Shown here: positions 40,301 to 48,157 of the stretch, one piece after another
Position numbering within the stretch: position 1 is the first letter of the stretch
Layout: each line of letters starts with the position of its first letter
DNA from: Patescibacteria group bacterium
Lineage (GTDB): Bacteria; Patescibacteriota; Minisyncoccia; JAHIHE01; JAGLIN01
Length of the DNA: 64,000 bases
Assembly: GCA_041670805.1 (NCBI GenBank)
Contig: JBAXYM010000003.1
Span: forward strand, 16,406-80,405
Direction of reading: 5' to 3'
Notes under the pieces: generated by a model
Databases searched by the model: none
Seen by the model: the letters and a program-made list of their open reading frames with translations, nothing else
Told to the model about the DNA's origin: nothing
Program-made: the position numbers and the translations under genes

Positions 40301-41566
40301 CTTTTTCTCACAAACGATTAAGCATGTAGCATTATTTGCCAAAGCATTAGAAACAATTGCGGTAATGCTTTGACTTTTGCCAGTACCAGGAGGACCTTGA
40401 ATCAGTTTAATTTCATCTTTTGTTAAAGTGTTCACGATCTCTTCCTTGCTTGGATCAGTCTCAACTGCAGAAATAGTAGATGTCTGAAATTTTTCTAAGA
40501 CTAATTTTTCACTTTCGAATTCTTCAAATCTCTCAAGTAGCTCTTCCGTGGAATGAATAATAGTTTCGTTCTGTGATCTATAAAGGCCAAAGACCCCACT
40601 CCATTGTATCCAAGGTTTAGAATTAGCAATCGCCTCAACCTGTTTTGCATCGGGACATTTCTCAATCTTTATTTCTAAATTGTCTACCTGAGAATTTAAC
40701 TGGGATAAAATATTTTTACTCAATGCTATAAGTTCGTTTTGGTCTAATATTCCATCTTCCAGTATCTTTTCTGATATCTTTTCAATCTGAACAGATTCAT
40801 CTTTCGATAAATGAGAAACCAGTAGTTCGTTTATCTTAATTGGCGAATCCTCCTCTTTTTTGATTGTCCAAGTATTCTTATTCTGATAAGAACGCTGAAT
40901 ATCTAATTGCCAAATAAAAAGAGGAGCTTTTATAATCTTCGTAGGATCATTTCGATCACGCTTTATTAATATAGGATATCCAAAACCAAAATTTTTAAGC
41001 CCAAACTCCAAGAAATTGTCTTCATTCTCTATTACGATAGCATTTAATCTCTTCGATATAAGTGCAAGTCTTTTCTTTTCCTCCTCATCTATTTTTCCTA
41101 AATCAATTTTGTCATAGGAAATTGAAAATGAAAAAGACTCATTGTTAAGAATCGTTTCGATAAAATCAAACGGCATTTTTTGATCCACACTCATTAATTG
41201 GCATAAATCGAGACGGATCGCAGAACGTCCCGGAATTACATTCAGATGAATAGAACGAGCATTCCCAACCTTTAGTTTATCGAGCAATCTCTTTACGAAA
41301 TTTTTATCAAATTTTATTTGCGATATTTTTTGCTGAGCTTCTTGATTGCTTACATTAGAGTGCATTTTAGTTGTTTTGTCAGTGAAAACAGCAGTGGAAT
41401 TATCTTCTGTTTTTGTGGTTGTCGATATTTTTTTGTCCTGCTTCATTACTTCTTGCTTACAATAGGAACAAACTGTTCCACTTTTTACTTTATGATTTTT
41501 GCATACAATGCATAGGGGCTTATTTGCCCAATATGCTTGTGCGTCAAACTTGCGATAAGATTTCAT
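37376..41566 (-). CDS. DUF4011-like + SF1 (AAA_11/12) helicase + Vsr/DUF559 endonuclease (Hhe-like defence protein)
   Basis: QGPPGTGKSQ, FDEASQ, GDEHQMPP, ENIQGDE, NVLITRA, ESPFEEEV..ECDG..H..WS. Confidence 0.85.
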   Translation of the reverse strand: MKSYRKFDAQAYWANKPLCIVCKNHKVKSGTVCSYCKQEVMKQDKKISTTTKTEDNSTAVFTDKTTKMHSNVSNQEAQQKISQIKFDKNFVKRLLDKLKVGNARSIHLNVIPGRSAIRLDLCQLMSVDQKMPFDFIETILNNESFSFSISYDKIDLGKIDEEEKKRLALISKRLNAIVIENEDNFLEFGLKNFGFGYPILIKRDRNDPTKIIKAPLFIWQLDIQRSYQNKNTWTIKKEEDSPIKINELLVSHLSKDESVQIEKISEKILEDGILDQNELIALSKNILSQLNSQVDNLEIKIEKCPDAKQVEAIANSKPWIQWSGVFGLYRSQNETIIHSTEELLERFEEFESEKLVLEKFQTSTISAVETDPSKEEIVNTLTKDEIKLIQGPPGTGKSQSITAIVSNALANNATCLIVCEKKTALDVIHANLEKIGLEDFSMVIDDVNKDRKKTIERARNIKECSHNTLFSESEFNDKYNKFCQLKGEINSKHAESLKKVFGDFSWKQLIGLYLRFSKSGDIDQINSILDYRKLEFSHKEYSTYLSLVEEGSFLFGDLENNAEGIFQMLDHRLFSIGYKWATQEKIKDETSKFLEIIENIYLFLSNKEQNDCEEKNVSLFVPKTVEESGAVVLNAIENLEEIINLYEQGIALNRSSFNSKGYWQDLLLSLSSIANAENRKIFTIRKKISVLYDSVSKSILEMEKFNFEIRKMPDFKEYNSYEQLKSNVSEVLSKVRSAESKIKMIQAIEIKLKQAETNLAKIKKDEIFDFELINYGDLGSHESVCKYYLELKNKIEKIKSYLDSYESFHNWKYFCSNKNEFELQILSAFKRFPVENWKNIFNAWYYRGALLNYESNTGIGFHKSDSKLQQLTVLYKELEKQQIKQIKSVWNDNRNHKLSEITFNFNTLYNLRRNNAGPKNSLRNIIEKDFDLFTTLFPVILTNPAAANAILPLKQGLFNIVIFDEASQLRIPDTFTSLIRGQYKIIAGDEHQMPPSNYFQSTIEALDLEEKEDNDDVFNEEDEQNVLAESESLLQYATDLQNINKSYLDFHYRSNHPALIEFSNSAFYGGNLISFPAQEVYKPIEFRAVNGRYETRTNPAEIAEILKIIRDEIHPDQKGKYPSVGIATFNINQRNLITEALNEVAENDSEFAIKLQELRERGLFVKNLENIQGDEKDIIIISTTYGIKPDGTFSQNFARLNRIEGYKLLNVLITRAKHKLYVCTSIPKDKYLAYSEIIKNEGNNKKGILYAYLAYAEAISNHDNECADNILKLLKTQSFEKPRIISSTDGLSESPFEEEVYELLLDHFEKDNIIQQYKVGGFRLDFVIKTGSKDVVLECDGKAYHSSEEAYAYDMYRQKELENMGFIVYRIWSTNWFQDKEGEIKKLLRFVESLEK

Positions 41567-41576
41567 ATTTAATAAG

Positions 41577-42122
41577 TTATTTATACCAAATCATATAATC
41601 TACCCTTTTTCCTATTATATGTACGAGTACTTGAACGTCACCATCAGGATTTAGTATCTGAATAGTACTTTCTTTTTTTCTAGAGTCGATATATTTCGTA
41701 ATCGCCGGTGATAAAATATCATTATATGATTTTTTAGAAGGATACGAATATAAAGACCAATCTATGCCATTGCCGCTACCATCAGAATACTCTTCTCTTC
41801 CGACTTCTATCCTTGCATCATCATACCAATATTCATAATATTGATTATGCTCATCATTTCGAATATTATTAGGATTTCCGTACAAACCCTTTGCATTTTC
41901 AAAATTTAAACCCGGCAAAAAGGTGTGAAAAAGTGTAGTGTCTACTAGATCTGATAATTTAGCTCCTTCAACTGGTTTTATGGTAAGCCAGTGCTGATAA
42001 AACTCAATACTTTTCACTGGCGGTTCTCCAGCAATTTCATTTCGGCTTGACTGAACATAAAAAATTCTACCCAAAAGTAATAAAGATATTATAGCGACCG
42101 CTATTAGTACGTTTTTATTCAT
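41577..42122 (-). CDS. Exported/membrane-anchored hypothetical protein
   Basis: N-terminal signal or TM segment; 181 aa. Confidence 0.7.
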   Translation of the reverse strand: MNKNVLIAVAIISLLLLGRIFYVQSSRNEIAGEPPVKSIEFYQHWLTIKPVEGAKLSDLVDTTLFHTFLPGLNFENAKGLYGNPNNIRNDEHNQYYEYWYDDARIEVGREEYSDGSGNGIDWSLYSYPSKKSYNDILSPAITKYIDSRKKESTIQILNPDGDVQVLVHIIGKRVDYMIWYK

Positions 42123-42187
42123 AGTAAATATTTATCATATTTCCTTCTTTTTGTAGAAATTGTCTTCATGAATCACAATAAATCACC

Positions 42188-42331
42188 ATTACTTTACATC
42201 ATTTTTCGCTAAAAGTAAAGAAAAATCGGCAATTTTATACAATTTTATAGCATTAGTTATCAACAGCTGGTAGTCTGGACGCCCCACGTTCTATGTGTCA
42301 TCCATTGTAGTGTAATAACTAAGAACAATAT
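42188..42331 (+). promoter_or_regulatory. Conserved recombinase leader (copy B)
   Basis: Homologous to 21546-21691. Confidence 0.7.
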
Positions 42332-43651
42332 ATGGAAATAAACGGACTTCAGACCGCAAACCAGACAATCATAGCGAAGGAAGAAATAAAGTATTGCCTC
42401 TATGCCCGCAAATCAACCGAATCAGAGGAACGGCAAATCCTCTCAATTGATAGCCAAGTCAAAGAGATGCTGGATCTGGCAAACCGGGAAGATCTGAATG
42501 TTATAGAAATAAGGCGAGAATCACATAGCGCTAAAGAAACCGGACAGCGCAAGGTGTTTAATGAGCTTGTAACAGATATTAGGGCAGGTAAATTCAATGC
42601 CCTCCTCACTTGGGCCCCGGACAGAATATCACGAAATGCTGGAGATTTAGGAGCGATCGTAGATCTGATGGATCAAGGAATATTAAAAGAGATCAGAACT
42701 TACGGTCAGAAATTTAGCAATAACCCAAATGAAAAATTTTTGCTTATGATTCTAGGATCGCAGGCGAAACTGGAAAATGACAACCGAGGAGTCAATGTCC
42801 GGCGAGGATTAAGGACAAGAGCAGAGATGGGATTATGGGTAGGATTGGCACCTCTCGGATATTTGAATCAAAAACGAATGGATAAGAAATGTCAGGTTAT
42901 TCCAGACCCATTAAGATCTCCAGCTATTAAACAGATATTTGAAAAAGTGGCGTATGAGAAATATAGCGGACGACAAATACATAACTGGCTCAAGCATGAT
43001 CTTAACTTTTATACCAGAGGAAACAAGCCGCTAACTTTAAGTGGAGTTTATAGAGTCTTAGACAATCACTTTTACTATGGCATGTTTGAAAGGCCAGTTG
43101 GAAGCGGAAATTGGTATCATGGAAAACATAAAACACTTATTACCCAAGAACTTTTTGAGAAAGCGCAAGCACAACTTAAAAGAGATAAGATTGTCAGAGA
43201 AAATAAGGAATTTGCATTCACCAAACTAATTACCTGCGGGCTATGTGGTTCAGGAATATCAGCCGAAGAAAAATATAAAGAATTGAAGGATGGAACCACA
43301 GCTCATTATATTTATTATGGATGTAGTCGAGCAAGAGACAGATTTTGTAAGAACAAATATATTAGAGAAGAAGAACTCGTTGTTGAACTTCTTAAGATAA
43401 TTGATAAGGTAGATATAAACGAACTTGGAATGCTGACAAGACTTGAGATGGAAGTTGATAGATTCAATAAATTCCAAAACATGGTCTTTGGAGAAAAACT
43501 TAATAATAAAAAACAAAAGCCCGCAGTTGATATGCGGGTTTATGCAAAATATGTGCTTAAAGAAGGAAGTGTGACAGAGAAGCGAGAGTTATTAGCTAAT
43601 CTGAGGAGTAGAATAATATTGAGAAATAAAAAGCTAATATTAAATGATTGA
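42332..43651 (+). CDS. Large serine recombinase (element B)
   Basis: Near-identical protein to 21692-23014, with many synonymous nucleotide differences. Confidence 0.93.
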   Translation: MEINGLQTANQTIIAKEEIKYCLYARKSTESEERQILSIDSQVKEMLDLANREDLNVIEIRRESHSAKETGQRKVFNELVTDIRAGKFNALLTWAPDRISRNAGDLGAIVDLMDQGILKEIRTYGQKFSNNPNEKFLLMILGSQAKLENDNRGVNVRRGLRTRAEMGLWVGLAPLGYLNQKRMDKKCQVIPDPLRSPAIKQIFEKVAYEKYSGRQIHNWLKHDLNFYTRGNKPLTLSGVYRVLDNHFYYGMFERPVGSGNWYHGKHKTLITQELFEKAQAQLKRDKIVRENKEFAFTKLITCGLCGSGISAEEKYKELKDGTTAHYIYYGCSRARDRFCKNKYIREEELVVELLKIIDKVDINELGMLTRLEMEVDRFNKFQNMVFGEKLNNKKQKPAVDMRVYAKYVLKEGSVTEKRELLANLRSRIILRNKKLILND

Positions 43652-43661
43652 TTTTAGAAGA

Positions 43662-45116
43662 TTATTTATCTTGCTTCTCGTGTTTAATGATATCCCAATA
43701 TGGTTTTGCATAATCTTCTCCCTCTATGTCTTTAAGGAGCTTAATTTGCTTTTCTGGAATTTCAGCTATTAAGTGATCAAGATAATCTAAAAATTCATTT
43801 TTATTGTTAAGTGAAAAAACTTGTGATTTAAATTCTTTTAGCCTGAGATACCCCGGAGTGCCTTTGGGGAATTCTTTTAAAAGCAAAGCCGATTCCTTAT
43901 CTACAAAAAGAGCATCACAATAAGGTAAATAGCTTGAGATAAATTGAACATCTACTGTTGATTTCGGAGCATCTTTTTTCCCATTAGCAGCTCTATAAGC
44001 TAGCCCTGCAAACATAACAGAATTGATTTTAATAGCTGGGATTTCAAGTAATGAATCAATATCGCAAAGATATTTGGCAATTGTTGGTAGTATCTGAGTA
44101 TCTGGTAAATTGTTTACTTTTGTATATTCCCTGGTAATTTTAAATAATGTTTCCCATATATCACATGAAAGTGGTGGTAGTATATCATCCATTTCAAAGT
44201 TATAAAATTCTCCTGCTGCAATTTTTTTAGCAGCTATCTCCCTTCTTTTAGCAAATTGCTGTACGGCACCGCATATACCTTTTCCAAAACCTAAAGTTTC
44301 TTCCTTTACTCTATCAATAAAATTTGCTCCTTCGTCTTGCCATCTAGTCCATATTTCCTGAAGCTGTTCCTTAGTTAAAGCATTAATTTTATTAAGACCT
44401 TCAATTTCTCCAGGATAAGGATTAGCATTGACAGACACTCTTAGCCCTAATGACCAAGTATGTAAATTCTTAAAAGATATACCCTCTGGAAAATAATCAA
44501 ATTTAACTTTCTCATTATTCAGCCATCCCTTAAAATGAGTTTCAACTTGCATCCTTTCAATAATAGCACTTGGATATAGTGTTTTACCACATGAAAAATG
44601 CTCATATAATCTTCTCATTAATTTGAAATCTATTTTTCCGGTTAGCGATTCATTCAAATGATAAAAACTATCCGGACAGACGATTGCCTGAGATTTAGAG
44701 GCAGCTTCAAGTTTTGTAAATAGAGATTCCCAAAAGGGATCTGACATTATTTTTTGATGGCTTGGGTGCGTATTATCTAGTAGTTTGATTAAATTACTAA
44801 TGACAAACTGATCCAAATAGATAACTTTCTTATTGATTGGCGGCAAATCGTACACTTCTTGATAGCCGCATTCGGTACATTCTCTCGTGTAGGAAGACAT
44901 GCCTTCTATGCATGTTAGCACCCCAAAAGAATCCTGGACTTGACATTCTGGGTTGGGGCATTGTTTATATGGACCAGAAATAAAATCACGGCGCGTTATC
45001 CTCATACTTTTTTTCTCATTTACAACAGTTTCTTGATTTATTCTGTCCATACAGCACTTTTTATATTTTTTACCACTTCCGCAAGGACATGGATCATTTC
45101 TTCCAACTTTATCCAT
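43662..45116 (-). CDS. SEC-C motif + Zn ribbon + PIN-like domain protein
   Basis: [20 protein letters not shown]; IYLDQFVIS...[16 protein letters not shown]; start set at MDKVG. Confidence 0.7.
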   Translation of the reverse strand: MDKVGRNDPCPCGSGKKYKKCCMDRINQETVVNEKKSMRITRRDFISGPYKQCPNPECQVQDSFGVLTCIEGMSSYTRECTECGYQEVYDLPPINKKVIYLDQFVISNLIKLLDNTHPSHQKIMSDPFWESLFTKLEAASKSQAIVCPDSFYHLNESLTGKIDFKLMRRLYEHFSCGKTLYPSAIIERMQVETHFKGWLNNEKVKFDYFPEGISFKNLHTWSLGLRVSVNANPYPGEIEGLNKINALTKEQLQEIWTRWQDEGANFIDRVKEETLGFGKGICGAVQQFAKRREIAAKKIAAGEFYNFEMDDILPPLSCDIWETLFKITREYTKVNNLPDTQILPTIAKYLCDIDSLLEIPAIKINSVMFAGLAYRAANGKKDAPKSTVDVQFISSYLPYCDALFVDKESALLLKEFPKGTPGYLRLKEFKSQVFSLNNKNEFLDYLDHLIAEIPEKQIKLLKDIEGEDYAKPYWDIIKHEKQDK

Positions 45117-45174
45117 TTTGGTTAGGCTAAGGAAATTAATAAATTCCGACACCTGTATTGGTTAATGCTTGCAA

Positions 45175-45213
45175 TATAATTAAATACCCAGCAATACTGG
45201 GTATTTAATTATA
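45175..45213. terminator. 17-bp perfect hairpin (TACCCAG/CTGGGTA family)
   Basis: TATAATTAAATACCCAG-CAATA-CTGGGTATTTAATTATA. Confidence 0.65.
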
Positions 45214-45228
45214 CAGTTCTATAAAATC

Positions 45229-45834
45229 TTACTTGGTGTAAGAGATAATGCCCTTTACAATTCCTTCGATTCTAAAATTGTTTTTATTGGCCAAAAAAGG
45301 CTCGAAGGATGGGTTTAAAGAAACAAGGATAATATCGTTTCCAGTTTTTTGAATTTTCTTAATCAACGCTTCGTCATTATTCACGCATACTACCATATCT
45401 CCATTATCTGCTTTATTATTTTTTTGGACGATTACCAAATCGCCACTTTTTATTTTAGGTTCCATAGAGTTGCCTTTAGCTCTAACCAAAAAAGCATCCG
45501 AAGAAGAAAATCCCAGTATCTTTGTTGATATAGGTACCCTTTCTATTGGATTACCATCCAAAATTGATCCATTTGGGCCGCATTGCGCCATTCCGTATAA
45601 GTTTAAAAATGCAATTCTCTTATCCGGAGAATCAATCAAGATTTGATAATCCTGTGGATTCCTGGGATTTCTCCTTAGATATCCTTTTATTTCAAGTTGT
45701 CGGACATGATGATGAATTATGCTTGTCGATGATATATCTAATTCATCTTTTAGCTCTCTAACGGTCAAAGGATCTTCGATATTATCCTTTAGTAAAGCAA
45801 GTAATTTTTGCTGTGTAGGATGCAGTTTCTTCAT
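45229..45834 (-). CDS. LexA-like repressor (wHTH + S24 peptidase)
   Basis: PLTVREL..HHHVRQLE..GYL wHTH, AQCG cleavage site, GNSM Ser, IKK Lys. Confidence 0.88.
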   Translation of the reverse strand: MKKLHPTQQKLLALLKDNIEDPLTVRELKDELDISSTSIIHHHVRQLEIKGYLRRNPRNPQDYQILIDSPDKRIAFLNLYGMAQCGPNGSILDGNPIERVPISTKILGFSSSDAFLVRAKGNSMEPKIKSGDLVIVQKNNKADNGDMVVCVNNDEALIKKIQKTGNDIILVSLNPSFEPFLANKNNFRIEGIVKGIISYTK

Positions 45835-45893
45835 AAAATTACTTATATTTATTATTTATTATACCATGTGGATAATATGTGTGCAAGAACTTA

Positions 45894-45922
45894 TTGACCT
45901 GTTCTAGTATTTGTTCTATACT
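45894..45922 (+). promoter_or_regulatory. Sigma70-type promoter of the ubiquitin-like operon
   Basis: TTGACC-17 bp-TATACT; TGTTCTA direct repeat overlapping the spacer. Confidence 0.6.
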
Positions 45923-45956
45923 GAATTTAAATTAAATAATCATAAGTAACAAAACT

Positions 45957-46235
45957 ATGAGCAACTCAGAAGAACACAAGGGCGAAGCGCCTGGTCAGAA
46001 CAAAGAATCTACGATAATTGTAAATGGCAGGGAAAAAATTGTAACTGGAAAAGAGTTAACCTTTACTCAAATTGTCGAATTAGCTTTTGGTCCTTCAACA
46101 AATCCAAACACTATTTATACGGTAATCTATAAGAAAGGTGATAATGACAAGCCTGAAGGTACTATGGTAAATGGTGATAAGGTTAAAATTAAGAATAAGA
46201 TGATATTCAATGTCACAGCAACTGATAAATCATAG
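45957..46235 (+). CDS. Multi-ubiquitin-domain Ubl (Bub-type)
   Basis: IIVNGREK..LTF.QIV.LAF beta-grasp pattern; C-terminus TATDKS. Confidence 0.8.
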   Translation: MSNSEEHKGEAPGQNKESTIIVNGREKIVTGKELTFTQIVELAFGPSTNPNTIYTVIYKKGDNDKPEGTMVNGDKVKIKNKMIFNVTATDKS

Positions 46236-47385
46236 CCCTGATCTAAAAAGATTAAGGGATGACGGTTTTGAAATAGAAATTGTATCAGGTTACCTTTTGA
46301 TTAACAATGTGCCCTATTTTGATTCAGATAAAAAGCCTGTATACGGTACTCTTATTTCAGAGCTTACTTTGGCTGGAAATAGAACGACAAAACCCAATAC
46401 TCATGTTGTTCATTTTAAAGGTGTGTATCCTTGCAATAAGGATGGATCGGAGATAGAACAAATCAGGCATAATAGCAACTTGCAAACGCTTGCCGATGGA
46501 TTAGTGGTCGACCATTCATTTTCCAATAAACCGCCCGAAGGATACAATGACTATCATGAGAAGATGACAAGATATATAGATATTATTTCTGCCCCGATCC
46601 AATCAATGGATGGTTCTATTACAGCAAAGACATTTAAGCCTGTCGAATCTGAGGATGAGGATTCCGTATTCCATTATATTGATACAAATTCTAGCAGAGC
46701 AGAAATCAACCTAATTTCCGACAAATTAAAATATCATAAAATAGGAATCATCGGATTAGGAGGTACTGGTTCTTATATTTTAGATCTTATCTCTAAAACG
46801 CCGGTAAAAGAAATTCATCTTTTCGATGGAGATAAATTTTTGCAACACAATGCGTTCAGAACGCCAGGAGCAGCATCAATTGAAAAACTGAAAAAATGCC
46901 CGACCAAAATCGAATATCTTAAAGAGATATATTCGAACATGCATAAGAATATTTGCCTGCATCCCGGCTTTCTTGATTCCTCAAACATTGAACAATTGTT
47001 TGGCATGGATTTTATCTTTATTTGCATAGATAAAGGCGAAGTAAAAAAACTAATATTTAAATATCTTGAGGAGAAAAATATTCCCTTTATTGATGTAGGT
47101 ATGGGAGTATCTATCGTAGATAATAAATTATTTGGAAATATCAGGACTACTTCCAGCAAGGAAAACAAACGAGATCATATAAAAACGAGGGTCCCTCTTG
47201 TAAGCTTGGAAGATGATGAATATTCAACTAATATTCAAATTGCCGAACTTAATGCACTCAATGCGGCATTTGCTGTAATAAAGTGGAAAAAAATATGCGG
47301 ATTTTACCTCGATCAAGAAAATGAGAATAATAGCACATTCGCAATCAATTTAAATACATTAATAAGCGATGATCATGATTCATAA
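46210..47385 (+). CDS. E2-like + ThiF/E1 fusion (Bub-type)
   Basis: [12 protein letters not shown]-terminus, HSFSNKP, GLGGTGS, FDGD..HNAFR. Confidence 0.82.
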   Translation: MSQQLINHSPDLKRLRDDGFEIEIVSGYLLINNVPYFDSDKKPVYGTLISELTLAGNRTTKPNTHVVHFKGVYPCNKDGSEIEQIRHNSNLQTLADGLVVDHSFSNKPPEGYNDYHEKMTRYIDIISAPIQSMDGSITAKTFKPVESEDEDSVFHYIDTNSSRAEINLISDKLKYHKIGIIGLGGTGSYILDLISKTPVKEIHLFDGDKFLQHNAFRTPGAASIEKLKKCPTKIEYLKEIYSNMHKNICLHPGFLDSSNIEQLFGMDFIFICIDKGEVKKLIFKYLEEKNIPFIDVGMGVSIVDNKLFGNIRTTSSKENKRDHIKTRVPLVSLEDDEYSTNIQIAELNALNAAFAVIKWKKICGFYLDQENENNSTFAINLNTLISDDHDS

Positions 47386-47791
47386 ATTTGTCGAAAATAT
47401 TCCAGACAATCTAGAAGAAGGAACTATCTATATTTCTATTGAATATGGAACTGTTGTGCATAAATGCTGTTGCGGATGTGGAAACGAAGTGGTTACACCG
47501 CTTTCACCAACAGATTGGCAATTGATATTTGATGGTGAAACTATTTCACTTTACCCTTCAATCGGAAATTGGAATTTTGATTGCAAATCACACTATTGGA
47601 TAATTAATGATAGGATTAAGTGGGCAAGAAAATGGTCTAAGCAGGAAATTGATGGTAATAGGCAAAAAGATAGTTTAGATAAAAAGAAATATTATAGTCC
47701 TAAAGATTCGTTTTATAACAAAGAAATACACAGTGAAAATAATAAAGGATTAAAAAACCTATTGAATATGATTTCTCGTTTCTACAGGTAG
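47369..47791 (+). CDS. DUF6527 family protein (Bub-associated, putative peptidase)
   Basis: HKCCCGCG...SLYPSIGNW...CKSHYWI. Confidence 0.8.
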   Translation: MIMIHKFVENIPDNLEEGTIYISIEYGTVVHKCCCGCGNEVVTPLSPTDWQLIFDGETISLYPSIGNWNFDCKSHYWIINDRIKWARKWSKQEIDGNRQKDSLDKKKYYSPKDSFYNKEIHSENNKGLKNLLNMISRFYR

Positions 47792-47906
47792 TATGAAATT
47801 AGTCTTTAGTCATAAAGGTCGAAAAATAATACAACTTCAAATTTTATTAGCATGAAAATACCCAGCAAAAGCTGGGTATTCGGGTCTATCCGATACTTTG
47901 TTGTCT

Positions 47907-47996
47907 TGGCGGAAGAGGAGGGATTCGAACCCTCGAGACCCGTTAAGGTCTACTGCTTTTCGAGAGCAGCGCTTTCAACCACTCAGCCACCCTTCC
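47907..47996 (-). tRNA. tRNA-Ser(CGA), integration target
   Basis: GGAAGGG/CTCTTCC acceptor stem, CTCGAAA anticodon loop, long variable arm, GGTTCGAATCC, ends G-CCA. Confidence 0.95.
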
Positions 47997-48121
47997 AAAC
48001 GGTTGATGCCGTATCAACCACTTTGCTATTTATTTTCGTCTATGCGTAATCGCTTTGTCTTTAACCTTCTTATTTTAACACTATTTTTGAAAAAAGAAAG
48101 AGCGCGAACAAACAGGCAAAC

Positions 48122-48149
48122 AAAAAATCGGCTTGCGCCGATCTTTTTT
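48122..48149. terminator. Intrinsic terminator
   Basis: AAAAAATCGGC-TTGC-GCCGATCTTTTT just downstream of the 48158 stop. Confidence 0.65.
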
Positions 48150-48157
48150 CGTCTGCT

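Larger units (their letters stand above)
27594..47912. mobile_element. Integrative element B (serine recombinase, TerS-like, MTases, defence cargo)
   Basis: Ends homologous to those of element A; right end abuts the tRNA-Ser 3' end. Confidence 0.88.

Noticed and set aside
21692-43651. A/B similarity as a simple assembly duplication
   Set aside because: The paralogues differ at many synonymous sites and the cargo is unrelated. A two-strain chimera still needs long reads to exclude.
7497-47912. A single intact 40-kb prophage
   Set aside because: No recognisable portal, capsid, tail or lysis genes; the duplicated backbone and internal junction show two elements.
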